Positions 41,054 to 50,495 of a stretch of 64,000 nt of DNA are shown here, piece after piece. Position 1 is the first letter of the stretch. Each line of letters opens with the position of its first letter. Source of the DNA: Patescibacteria group bacterium (lineage in GTDB: Bacteria; Patescibacteriota; Patescibacteriia; Patescibacteriales; UBA12075); assembly GCA_018897195.1 (NCBI GenBank), contig JAHILH010000004.1, positions 19,182-83,181 on the forward strand, written 5' to 3'. Position numbers and translations under genes: made by a program. Below the pieces are notes generated by a model. The model worked only from the letters and a program-made list of their open reading frames with translations. It was not told where the DNA came from and did no database searches.

Positions 41054-42503
41054 CCTCCTCATGTCTTTCAAACCATTTTTCAAATATTTTACGATATTTT
41101 TTATTTTTAAGTTTCAAAAATAAATAATCAAACATAGCCTTATTCATCTTGCAACGATCAGTGTTTGATAATTGTGGAAACAATGTCCCATATTCCATGA
41201 AATTAATTAAAGGACAAGTGCCACAATACGGCTTATAAGCACAATTCATGCAACTCACATGACCATCAAGAACCGACGACAAACAAGTAGTCTTTGTCAC
41301 ATCATTGTCTATCAGGTCATTATATCGACTCTCGTTTACGTTACCAATCTGAAAATTATCATATCCCATTTTCTTTGCCATTCTGCCTTCATCGCAAGTA
41401 TAGACTCTTCCATCATAATCAAAGGCCATCTGGCCTATGCCGGCGCCACATGGGGAACGCATCTCCAAATAACCGGAGTCCGTACCTTGTAATACTTTTT
41501 TAAGTGCCAAAAATGACATTCTTTCTACAAACAATAGTCCCTCCGAATTTAATTTTAAAATATAGTCCATCGCCTCCTTATAAAAATCAATAAAATCCTC
41601 GATTTTATAGCCTATCACATCAATGTGTTGCTTTGCCAAACCGATTGGACTCAAGGGCCGCAAAAAAATATTCGTAAAATCACATTTTATATATTCATCA
41701 ATTATTTCCTTGGCATGTGGCAAAGAAAAGCGACTTACGGTTAAAATGGCATTCAACCTATCAATATGTTTTTCCTCGGACTTTTTTCTATTCAGCTTTA
41801 TAACCCCCTGAATGTATTTAATTTTTTTAACAACCGCATCATAGCTATTACCATCTTCTAAATATACCCTATTTTTATTATGAATATTTTTTGGTCCATC
41901 AAAAGAACAACTAATATTCACTCTATTCTCCTCTAAAAATTTCATCTTCTCTTCATCAATCAGTGTTAAATTAGAGACCAGGCTGATTTTTAAATCCTTT
42001 TTAACTTCCTTGTTTAGCTCCCGTGCGTATTTAACGATAAACTTTAAAACTGGCCAATTCAAAAGAGGCTCCCCTCCCTGCAACTCAATGCCAATTCCTT
42101 GCGATGGGGTATTAAACAGCACGTCAATAGTTTTCTTGGCCGTAATCTGTGTCATGTTATAACCGTTAGATTGATGACTCTCAGGCGTCGCCTGACAGTA
42201 AAGACAGCGATGATTACACCTGGCGGTCAGCACGAGAATAAACAAGCTCGGCCCGCTCATGGCAGACTGATTCATTCTGAGATATTCACCAGCCAAATCT
42301 AATATTTTCTTATCGTCTGTTTTGTAAAATCCCTTTACGACTAATTCATTTTTGACTTCTTTTTTAGCGATATCTTTTCCACCCACAAAATCATCAAAAT
42401 CACTTTGACCTAAAATCATCCAACCGCCACTGGCGCTTGTCAACAGAACATCTTTGCCAATATTTCTAAATCTAAAAAATGCCAAATTATTGTTTTTCGT
42501 CAT
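41043..42503 (-). CDS. hxsB: His-Xaa-Ser system radical SAM/SPASM maturase
   Basis: N-terminal FFRFR...LLT...G extension, CNHRCLYC, IELQGGEPLLN, RSPCGAGIGQ...DGRVYTCDEGRM, CxxCAYKPYCGTCP. Confidence 0.88.
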   Translation of the reverse strand: MTKNNNLAFFRFRNIGKDVLLTSASGGWMILGQSDFDDFVGGKDIAKKEVKNELVVKGFYKTDDKKILDLAGEYLRMNQSAMSGPSLFILVLTARCNHRCLYCQATPESHQSNGYNMTQITAKKTIDVLFNTPSQGIGIELQGGEPLLNWPVLKFIVKYARELNKEVKKDLKISLVSNLTLIDEEKMKFLEENRVNISCSFDGPKNIHNKNRVYLEDGNSYDAVVKKIKYIQGVIKLNRKKSEEKHIDRLNAILTVSRFSLPHAKEIIDEYIKCDFTNIFLRPLSPIGLAKQHIDVIGYKIEDFIDFYKEAMDYILKLNSEGLLFVERMSFLALKKVLQGTDSGYLEMRSPCGAGIGQMAFDYDGRVYTCDEGRMAKKMGYDNFQIGNVNESRYNDLIDNDVTKTTCLSSVLDGHVSCMNCAYKPYCGTCPLINFMEYGTLFPQLSNTDRCKMNKAMFDYLFLKLKNKKYRKIFEKWFERHEEDVK

Positions 42504-42508
42504 ACATA

Positions 42509-42721
42509 TTATTTTACGCTTAAAAAAAGAGCGTAATTTTTAAACTCATTACTTATACCCGCTACATCATCAACAACGGGTAATTCAACCTCATAATACT
42601 TTGGGGTATTTTTCAATAAAATCTTCTCCTTACTGATCCATGAAAATTCGCTCATTGTCGTTTTGATAGCGCCTTCACTATAAATAGCCTTATTAAATTT
42701 TAATAAATTTTTTTCTTTCAT
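42509..42721 (-). CDS. HxsD-like small protein
   Basis: FNKAIYSEGAI...EFKNYAL pattern parallels the adjacent HxsD. Confidence 0.7.
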   Translation of the reverse strand: MKEKNLLKFNKAIYSEGAIKTTMSEFSWISKEKILLKNTPKYYEVELPVVDDVAGISNEFKNYALFLSVK

Positions 42722-42732
42722 CTTATTAAAAA

Positions 42733-43182
42733 CTAAATAATTTTTTTAATATTCAAAGAGTCTGACTCATAATCACCGCCATCGATTTTTTCTAGTTCCT
42801 TTTTTAAAGCCTCGATTTCTTTTTCAACATCCATAACTTCATTGTCATTGTTAATGGGCTCCTTTTTTTCCAGTGCTGCCGAAATTGCTCCACCAACAAT
42901 GTATTCAATAACTTTCTTGTTTTGCTTTACCAAGTCTTCTCTTAATATTGTATTAAGTAATTCATTGCTAAACTCGCCTTTAATTTTTTCCAAATCTTTT
43001 TTACTTAAAATATCTTTCCCCTTCAAAACAACTAAGATTTCATCCTTGCTTGGCTTATCTAAATAAACATACACTCTATCAATAAAAACATAGCAGGTTT
43101 TCATTATTATGGCCTGCGAATAAACACTGGTTTTTACATTAAAGCTGATTTCATTATTCTCTATTTTCATTTTAATCTTCAT
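42733..43182 (-). CDS. hxsD: His-Xaa-Ser system protein HxsD
   Basis: VYS..IIMKTCYVFIDRVYV...EFSNELL...LRE pattern; directly upstream of hxsB. Confidence 0.8.
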   Translation of the reverse strand: MKIKMKIENNEISFNVKTSVYSQAIIMKTCYVFIDRVYVYLDKPSKDEILVVLKGKDILSKKDLEKIKGEFSNELLNTILREDLVKQNKKVIEYIVGGAISAALEKKEPINNDNEVMDVEKEIEALKKELEKIDGGDYESDSLNIKKII

Positions 43183-43207
43183 AGTTTTGATTATTAATTC
43201 TAAAGTT

Positions 43208-43236
43208 AATTTAGCACAGCATTGCTATTTTGTAAA
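43208..43236 (-). promoter_or_regulatory. Putative internal promoter for the hxsD-hxsB core operon
   Basis: TTTACA-17 nt-TAAATT with extended -10 TG, in the largest intergenic gap inside the cluster. Confidence 0.5.
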
Positions 43237-43275
43237 CGACAACGAATTAAATTGCAACGGAGGTTTCTTCATCAA

Positions 43276-44796
43276 TTAAGAAGAAAATATATACGAAAAA
43301 ATAAATGCAAGCCAGGAACTTAAATATAATACGAATATCTGTTTTTCCTTATACACTTTTTTATTAACCAAATAAAATTGCCACAAACCAGCCAAAATAG
43401 ACAGTACTAAGAAATAAATATTATTAACAACAAAATTAAATAATAAATAATTAATAAGAAAAAAAAGCCCAATTATTATTTTTGAATTTTTTAATCCGAA
43501 AAAGACCGGCAAGGTTATAATACCCTCTTTTTTATCCCCCTCATAATCTTTAATATCAATAAATTGAATAGCGGCCGTAAAACCAATTAAAAATATCAAA
43601 ATTATTAACCTTGGAAATGTTTTTAAGTCTGGTAAAAAATAAGAATACCCCATGAATATCAAAACCAAAGAATTTAAAGAAATTAATAATTTTGAAAAAA
43701 AGAAAACCCGCTTCAATCGTAATGGCGGCATTGAATATAGGAAATAATTTCCGATGAACAAAACTTGATAAAACAAACTCTTATACCCGTTCAAGCTGGC
43801 AAAAAATAAAGATAGGGCAAGGGCAACCCAGGCTAATTTCTTATAAAAATCTAAACTGATTTTTCCTTGCACCAACGGCCTGTCCGTGTTTGATATTTTG
43901 TCAATATTATAATCAATTATATCGTTTGTAATCCCAGAGAACAACAGACCAAAAATAATGCCCATGGCGGAAACAAAGATCATGTCAGGACGCAACACGG
44001 CAAGGGCATCATTAACGCCAATTTGCATCGCACCAATGATAATGCCGAAAAAAAACATTAAAAAATAATGCACCTGTCTTGAAAATCTGGAATCTCCAAT
44101 AATTATTTTAAACTTTTCTTTTTCAAAAAGGAAAAATAAAATTACCAACAACAAAATACTGAACACGGAAAAATAATTAATAAGAACATTGGTCATTACA
44201 ACAAAACAATCATAAATTCTACAATACGGCAACACGATAAACGGTGTAGCGGCAAAAAGAAAAAATATATTATAGGCAAAAAACAGACCCATCATTGATC
44301 TCAAAACACTCTTTGTTTTTAAAATAAAATAAAAAAAGATTAACAATAAAAAAATACCAGCCTCGACTTTCAAACCAGGCGTAATCCCATTTTCAAAAAA
44401 CTTACCGACTGGAAAAAAATATCGATAAATTAAATTAGTATCGACTCCTGGTATTAAATAATCCATATTTAAACCTGCCCCTCTACTGACAACTAAATCA
44501 ATTAAAGGCGGGAGCAAGATTAAGCCGAATGAATGCAAGGCGATATTAATAATTTTCTTAAACGACTCCCTGGTAATAATTCTAATTAAAAAAATGAAAG
44601 ACAAGGCTATGGCTGGAAAAAACATAACAAAATGCAAGTGCATTTCTCGGGAAAAAAGATTGTCAGTGTCAGCAAATGATTCCAAAAAAACCCTCAACAA
44701 GATAATAAAAAGAAAAGATAAAAAATGATAAATAGAAATATTTATATTTTCTATATGATCCACCACTCTTTTGAAGAGCTGCCACGCACTATGCAT
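43276..44796 (-). CDS. UbiA family prenyltransferase with extra N-terminal membrane domain
   Basis: NDIIDYNIDKISNTDRPLVQG and DIKDYEGDKKEGIITLP Asp-rich motifs, YSMPPLRLK. Confidence 0.88.
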   Translation of the reverse strand: MHSAWQLFKRVVDHIENINISIYHFLSFLFIILLRVFLESFADTDNLFSREMHLHFVMFFPAIALSFIFLIRIITRESFKKIINIALHSFGLILLPPLIDLVVSRGAGLNMDYLIPGVDTNLIYRYFFPVGKFFENGITPGLKVEAGIFLLLIFFYFILKTKSVLRSMMGLFFAYNIFFLFAATPFIVLPYCRIYDCFVVMTNVLINYFSVFSILLLVILFFLFEKEKFKIIIGDSRFSRQVHYFLMFFFGIIIGAMQIGVNDALAVLRPDMIFVSAMGIIFGLLFSGITNDIIDYNIDKISNTDRPLVQGKISLDFYKKLAWVALALSLFFASLNGYKSLFYQVLFIGNYFLYSMPPLRLKRVFFFSKLLISLNSLVLIFMGYSYFLPDLKTFPRLIILIFLIGFTAAIQFIDIKDYEGDKKEGIITLPVFFGLKNSKIIIGLFFLINYLLFNFVVNNIYFLVLSILAGLWQFYLVNKKVYKEKQIFVLYLSSWLAFIFSYIFSS

Positions 44797-44806
44797 AATT
44801 TTATAT

Positions 44807-46609
44807 TTATTTATAAAAACTAAAAATGAGTTTTCTAAGATTAATTTCAAATTTTTTAGCGCAAGCATCGCCACAAGGTTTATCACACCAGGAAATGAGT
44901 GGATTTTTCACCGGTCTTTCTATCATAAACCGATAACACCCTTTAGCGCTAGCGAAATAATCCCTTGCCTCATTTATTTTTTGAGCTTTTATCAAAAAGC
45001 CTAATTTTTTGTAAAATTCAGAATTATCGGGATAAAAAGCGCCTAACAATTTCAACACTATTTTTAGTTTATCATATTTACCCAGAATAAAAAACAAAGA
45101 TGCTAACAGCTCATATAGATTAATCGAACGACCATAAAGACCGTTCGTCTTAATGTAAATATCACTGGGCCTAGACTTGATGTGGCTTTCAATTTCAGCC
45201 ATGAAGCGAGCTACCTCCACCTCAACAGATAACCATTTATTTGAAACGCGAAAATCATAAAACTCCTTGGGCCAATATTTTTCTATGGGCAAAATTACCC
45301 TATCAATGTTAAAGCCTTTCTCATATTCGGTATTTATCTCATCTGAGATACCTGGTATAACAATCCGCACGGCTGGAAATTTCAGAATAGGGTGAGTTTG
45401 ATCAATCACTATTAATTCCGTGTTCATTGATCGACAAATTAATTTTATTTGATCGACGTTTTTGGCAAAATCAAAATCAGACTCTTCACTCCAAATATCC
45501 TTCATATTAATTAAAGGCCCTTTTTCCAAGAAACCTAAATCTCCGGTGTAAATATTTTTTTTCGATAAATCTCTATAAGTATCCTCTGGTTCATAATCAA
45601 CTCCACCTTTTTTAAACCACTCTTTCCAAATAATATCTTGCTTGGAAAATTCTTTTAATTCATCAACGCCATCCACGCCCTGAATGTACGATGTAAAACA
45701 TCTCATAAGTGCCTCCCTATAATCAAATGCCACTTCAACGAACCAACGATAACCATTCTCTCTTTTACTAATAGGGTTCCTCTTATGGCTCAAGTTATCA
45801 TTAATAAACAAAACACCTAAACAAGGAAATTGTCCCTTGAAAGAGCAATCTTTTATAATCACTCTTATTTTGTTTTTGTAGAAAAATTTAATCAATCTCA
45901 GTATATAAAGATCATTAATAGATCCGACATTAATAGATGGTAAATTCTTTTTTTCTTTTACCGTTTTGTGCAAAATATATCTTTCAAAAATTTCATTTGC
46001 TCCATGCACAATGGCTTCCTCAATTGTATTGCCGGAAGCCAATCCATTTGTTCCCGAAATTCGGTGCACCAATCTCAGGGGCACTTTTATTTTTTTATTT
46101 CTCGTTACAGAATAACCATCAACCCAATGTTGTGACACTTCACTATCCTTGATTAAGCTTATTTCTTTTTCTGTTAATTTCTGTTTCTGGAAGATACTTT
46201 CTATAGCAAGAATCTCCCCCTCAGCCATCAGGGCCTGCTCTGTGTTTACATAACCTTTTAAATGAGAAAAATAATAAAACTTAAAATAATCAGCACTTTT
46301 AAGCTGCTCATGATTATCCTGGCTTAGGATGGGGAAAAAATTAAAAAACCCGCAAGAAATTCGTTCGGCAAGTTCAGCATAAGCACTAGCCTTGGCCAGT
46401 TCACTAGTAATACCCTTTCCGTTCACGGCATAATTCAAGGCTGGCACAACAAGGGCGCCTGAATACAGATTATCCTCATAAAACGTCATGGGGGTATATA
46501 GCACGTCTAGCCCTATTTTTTTTAAGCCTTCTTCTATTTTTTTAATTGTGGTTAAGGGATTTTCAGACTTAAAAGTAGTTCCATCCTTAAGACACTTTTT
46601 AATTTTCAT
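44807..46609 (-). CDS. YcaO-like ATP-dependent amide-activating enzyme
   Basis: NGKG...SAYAELAER, GTNGLASGN, EAIVHGANEIFER, RIVIPG; C-terminal extension. Confidence 0.9.
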   Translation of the reverse strand: MKIKKCLKDGTTFKSENPLTTIKKIEEGLKKIGLDVLYTPMTFYEDNLYSGALVVPALNYAVNGKGITSELAKASAYAELAERISCGFFNFFPILSQDNHEQLKSADYFKFYYFSHLKGYVNTEQALMAEGEILAIESIFQKQKLTEKEISLIKDSEVSQHWVDGYSVTRNKKIKVPLRLVHRISGTNGLASGNTIEEAIVHGANEIFERYILHKTVKEKKNLPSINVGSINDLYILRLIKFFYKNKIRVIIKDCSFKGQFPCLGVLFINDNLSHKRNPISKRENGYRWFVEVAFDYREALMRCFTSYIQGVDGVDELKEFSKQDIIWKEWFKKGGVDYEPEDTYRDLSKKNIYTGDLGFLEKGPLINMKDIWSEESDFDFAKNVDQIKLICRSMNTELIVIDQTHPILKFPAVRIVIPGISDEINTEYEKGFNIDRVILPIEKYWPKEFYDFRVSNKWLSVEVEVARFMAEIESHIKSRPSDIYIKTNGLYGRSINLYELLASLFFILGKYDKLKIVLKLLGAFYPDNSEFYKKLGFLIKAQKINEARDYFASAKGCYRFMIERPVKNPLISWCDKPCGDACAKKFEINLRKLIFSFYK

Positions 46610-46621
46610 TCCATTTAAATA

Positions 46622-47998
46622 TTATAGCTTTTTTAAATATAGATAATATATACCTTCTACTCCCTGATCTTTATTAAAAATAATTTTTTCTATCAAAAAC
46701 TTATTAGAATCAAAAAGATTAATAACTTGCTCCTTGGTATACCCATAAACTGGCAACATGTCTACATAAAAAAGCGGCTTCATGTCGCGATTATTATCAT
46801 TCTTAAAAATCCGAATAAACATATATCCACCCTTCTTCAACGATGTATAATAATTTTCTATAATTTTTTTATGTTTACCCGGGTGAGTAGAGTGCAAGCA
46901 CCCAGCATCACAAATAACATCAAAAAAATCTCTCTTATACAAAATCGACACGTCGTGCACGCTAAATTCCCCAACGGGATTATTCTCCTTGCTATACTTA
47001 ATTGCTTGCGGTGATATATCAATACCATGAACAACTAAATCATTAGCAATAAAATATTTAGAATTTTTTCCATGTCCACATCCGGAATCTAATATCTTGG
47101 CTCCTTTTTTAAAAAAATTATAATATTTTACAAAATCAACAACATGATTGTCTGCATTCACCGCCCCCCATGCCGCATTATCGGAATGTTTTTTGTAATA
47201 TTCATTCCACAAAATATCCTCATTAATATAAAAGGGTAATTCGGGCGAATACACGAGCCGATCCGCGCTTAATTCTTCTATATTTTTATTAACTTCTTCA
47301 TTTTTATAAAATATTGAATTTCCCTTAAAAATTAATTTTGTCTCTCCGTCGGCAAGACTGGCGCGAAAAACATATTTTGTACATTCAAAATTACATCCTG
47401 ACAGAGGAAGACAATCAGTTTGAAGTGGGTCTGCACAATAGGCTGTTATGCATTTTCTCGAAGTGGAGACATACACAAAAGGATAATGAAGTGATATTTT
47501 TATTTTTTTATGCAATTTAAACTTATATCCCTGAACAACATTATCCAGCTCAACTCTAAAAATATCATTTTTAATTAAAAAATTTTGAAAGTCCTTACTT
47601 TCTAAATTACATGTTTTAAAATAATCTAAGTTTTTTAGGTCCGTCGTTTTAATTCGCACATCTCTTTTTATTGAAATCATCAATCGCCCTAAAATCGGCA
47701 CCAAATTATATTTTTTAATAAGCTCAAGCACCCCCCAATCACTAAAAACAACTTCCGTTCTTACGGGCAAGAGCGGTAATATTTCGCGCAACTTTTCAAT
47801 GCCATGGTCAGTACAATATGGTGTTAACAAAGTGAGTGTTAGACCATTCTTATGCACATATTTTAACAATGCTAAAACCTCCCCCTTGTCAGGAATAAGA
47901 TTTTCACAAAACTCATTTCCAAAATAAAGATTTTGCACCTTGGACAAATCTGTTCTTTTTGCAATATTAAAATCTCTAATATAAATAGCATTTTTCAT
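46622..47998 (-). CDS. U32-like protein fused to a class I SAM methyltransferase
   Basis: N-terminal YFGNEFC, LTLLTP, SDWG, RVELDN, RKC..C..C; C-terminal LDSGCGHGKN, GIDIS, FDVICDAGCLH. Confidence 0.75.
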   Translation of the reverse strand: MKNAIYIRDFNIAKRTDLSKVQNLYFGNEFCENLIPDKGEVLALLKYVHKNGLTLTLLTPYCTDHGIEKLREILPLLPVRTEVVFSDWGVLELIKKYNLVPILGRLMISIKRDVRIKTTDLKNLDYFKTCNLESKDFQNFLIKNDIFRVELDNVVQGYKFKLHKKIKISLHYPFVYVSTSRKCITAYCADPLQTDCLPLSGCNFECTKYVFRASLADGETKLIFKGNSIFYKNEEVNKNIEELSADRLVYSPELPFYINEDILWNEYYKKHSDNAAWGAVNADNHVVDFVKYYNFFKKGAKILDSGCGHGKNSKYFIANDLVVHGIDISPQAIKYSKENNPVGEFSVHDVSILYKRDFFDVICDAGCLHSTHPGKHKKIIENYYTSLKKGGYMFIRIFKNDNNRDMKPLFYVDMLPVYGYTKEQVINLFDSNKFLIEKIIFNKDQGVEGIYYLYLKKL

Positions 47999-48004
47999 AT
48001 TTTC

Positions 48005-48958
48005 TCAACCCTTAAATAGGCACCTACGACCACAATGACCTCCAAAAATCTCCTTGTAAAAAATCCTCACCAAATCTTCATATTTATCTTTGGGCAGATG
48101 CACATATGAAAGGGCTTTTTTTATAAAAAACACATAGCGCAACCTCTGCTTAAACGGAGTTTCTCTGTCAATTATTTTAACAGTTCTTATATTCATGCGA
48201 GATAACTCCCATAGGGCACATGCACCGCAATTATTAAACATTATTTTATTATAATTATTCAACCTTGTCGCTATCTCACTTTCACTTGCACAAGAGGAAT
48301 CTAAATCTGGTATCTCAGTGCCACTAACGACAAAATTATACATGGAGCTGCAGGCATTTTTAGATTTATCACAATCAAAAACACCATGCGTAAACCTACA
48401 CAACCCGTCCACATTCGCACAATCGCCACCAAAGATAAAACACTCGAAATCGAGATCGCTACGCTCATCAGTCATTTTTTTAATTTCACTTATACTGAAA
48501 TGCCTAGGAATAACAATTTTTTGTAAACCAATTTTTTTAAAGAAATTTATCGCATTTGCGTTTTGAACATGTGCTCCAGTACTGGCAACGATGTCTACAT
48601 CAGAAAATTCTTTTTTAAGTGCGAGCATTAATCCTAAATCAGCAACAATATAGCCATCAATTATTCCCTGATTAGCTCTAATAAAATCGATAATTTTCGC
48701 TATCTGCTCATCTGTATAAAAATGTTCATTAATAGCCAACGAAATTTTCTTGCCATGCTCATGCACCAAAAAACAAGCTTTTTTAAAATCTTCCAGTAGA
48801 TTAAAATTTGCTGCTTTCCAGGGCCGTCTATTAAGCAACCCGGAAGATGGACCAAAAATAATTTCACTATCGAGACCGGCATAAAACATATCCGCTCCTA
48901 TTTTTATCAGACTACTGACTTCGTTTAAACCTGCCAACGGGCAATTGATTTGCATCAT
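48005..48958 (-). CDS. U32 peptidase-family protein (UbiU/TrhP/RlhA-like Fe-S hydroxylase)
   Basis: GADMFYAG, IVADLG, IPRH, ECFIFGGDC..DGLC...NAC...CGAC, VKIIDR. Confidence 0.85.
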   Translation of the reverse strand: MMQINCPLAGLNEVSSLIKIGADMFYAGLDSEIIFGPSSGLLNRRPWKAANFNLLEDFKKACFLVHEHGKKISLAINEHFYTDEQIAKIIDFIRANQGIIDGYIVADLGLMLALKKEFSDVDIVASTGAHVQNANAINFFKKIGLQKIVIPRHFSISEIKKMTDERSDLDFECFIFGGDCANVDGLCRFTHGVFDCDKSKNACSSMYNFVVSGTEIPDLDSSCASESEIATRLNNYNKIMFNNCGACALWELSRMNIRTVKIIDRETPFKQRLRYVFFIKKALSYVHLPKDKYEDLVRIFYKEIFGGHCGRRCLFKG

Positions 48959-49044
48959 TTTACCAATAGTAAATAATTTAAATTATTTAATAATTTTATT
49001 ACATTTTTTATTATTAATGATAAAAAATGAAGTTAAGTATTGTT

Positions 49045-49899
49045 TTAAATTATTTGCTCACTTTTAAAATTTTTCCTAGAAAAAAACAATATCAAATTAA
49101 TTACCACCACTGGAATCATTGCAAAAAAACCAACTAGCATAAGATTATACATTTTTAATGTTGCTGCATCAGAAAGAAATGATAAACATAATATTCCATA
49201 ATACAGAACGGGAATTAACATAACAGAATCGCTTATTTTATAAATTGAGCGTGGAATAAAATATTCAAACACTCTAAAAATGCCGGTTGTAATTATTGCC
49301 ACAGTAAACCAGCCAATAAAATTAACGAATGGGACACCAAAATACTGTCCCTTACTCAACCATGTCCAGACACCAAATTTTACCAATATAGGCTCCATAA
49401 AAATATCTATTGCGGTTACAAGCAAACCGTCAAAAATTATTAATAATGGCAAGATTATAAAATCATTTTTATCTTTGGTCGGCCTACTTTTTCCTATCCA
49501 ATTTAAAAATGAGTTTGAAATTGAATACCCAATGTAAATGAAAACAGCCCAATAGAGTGGGACGAATAATGGAACATTAAATAATATAAAAGAAAAGTTT
49601 TGACCCTGATAAACATAGTCAGCACCAAAAAATGTGCCATAATTTATTCCAATTACTTCAAAAACGAAACTCGTTAATGCTGCCAATAAAATCAAAAAAA
49701 ATCCCCTAGAATAAGTCAACGTCCAGCTACTGTGAAAAAATAAAAGAATAATCGGAAGATATATTTTAAGTATTTCAAAAAAATAAATAGAACTTCCGCC
49801 TAATACTTTATTTATAATATCAACTATGTGCAGTCCTGTTATTATAATAAAGAACAACCACAATATATTAGTTTTGTTTATAAAATCAATCTTATTCAT
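49045..49899 (-). CDS. CruF-like carotenoid 1,2-hydratase family membrane protein
   Basis: E.IG..YGTFFG..Y.Y, VPLFVPLYW, DIFMEP, W.W...YFGVP..NFIGW. Confidence 0.8.
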   Translation of the reverse strand: MNKIDFINKTNILWLFFIIITGLHIVDIINKVLGGSSIYFFEILKIYLPIILLFFHSSWTLTYSRGFFLILLAALTSFVFEVIGINYGTFFGADYVYQGQNFSFILFNVPLFVPLYWAVFIYIGYSISNSFLNWIGKSRPTKDKNDFIILPLLIIFDGLLVTAIDIFMEPILVKFGVWTWLSKGQYFGVPFVNFIGWFTVAIITTGIFRVFEYFIPRSIYKISDSVMLIPVLYYGILCLSFLSDAATLKMYNLMLVGFFAMIPVVVINLILFFSRKNFKSEQII

Positions 49900-50495
49900 A
49901 GTTTTATTATTTTATTGATAAATTTTAAATCCACGTAATGGTCTTTATTATACTAAGAATTACTATTTTTTACCAGAACTAGTTTCAGTGTCACACAATA
50001 TGAGCCTAATGCTCTCACAAAATTCACATCCAAGACAAACCTTAAGGTTAAAAAATTGCCAACTCGGCAAAATTGACTTAATACTATAAGATGAGGTGAA
50101 ATAATTATTTACATCAAAAATTATAACTAACAATTCAACGGAAATTGAAAACTTTTCGGCGAGAAAAAGCTATTATCGACCGTGGCGAAGCTATGGGGAC
50201 GATGTTAATAACGGGAGTTGTTTTTATAATTTGAAAAAAAACAGCTAACACTAAAAGTTATGTCAAATATACCAAAATATATGAGAAAAAAAGTTTAAAG
50301 ATGCTTAAAATTATACACTTTAATACTAATTAATCACAACTATCATAATTCGCCTTTCGGGCTTATTTTTGAATAAAAAAAACTGAATAGATGCTATTCT
50401 ATCATATCCACTAATGCATATTGTTCAGTATTTAGACAAAAAGTTATATCTATAGTAAAATATTAAAATCACATACTATTAATCTACATTATCCT

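Noticed and set aside
43276..48958. Reading UbiA plus the U32 pair as a true ubiquinone pathway
   Set aside because: No ubiD/X/E/T-like genes are nearby, YcaO is interposed, and the UbiA has an atypical extra membrane domain.
25699..50495. Hxs cluster as a tRNA-Asp-integrated island
   Set aside because: I saw no integrase, transposase or duplicated tRNA 3' end, and two ordinary genes separate the tRNA from the cluster. Horizontal origin is still possible but unsupported here.
49900..50495. 600-bp intergenic region checked for a regulator, riboswitch or second precursor
   Set aside because: No recognisable ORF, HxS peptide or RNA motif; treated as a divergent promoter region.
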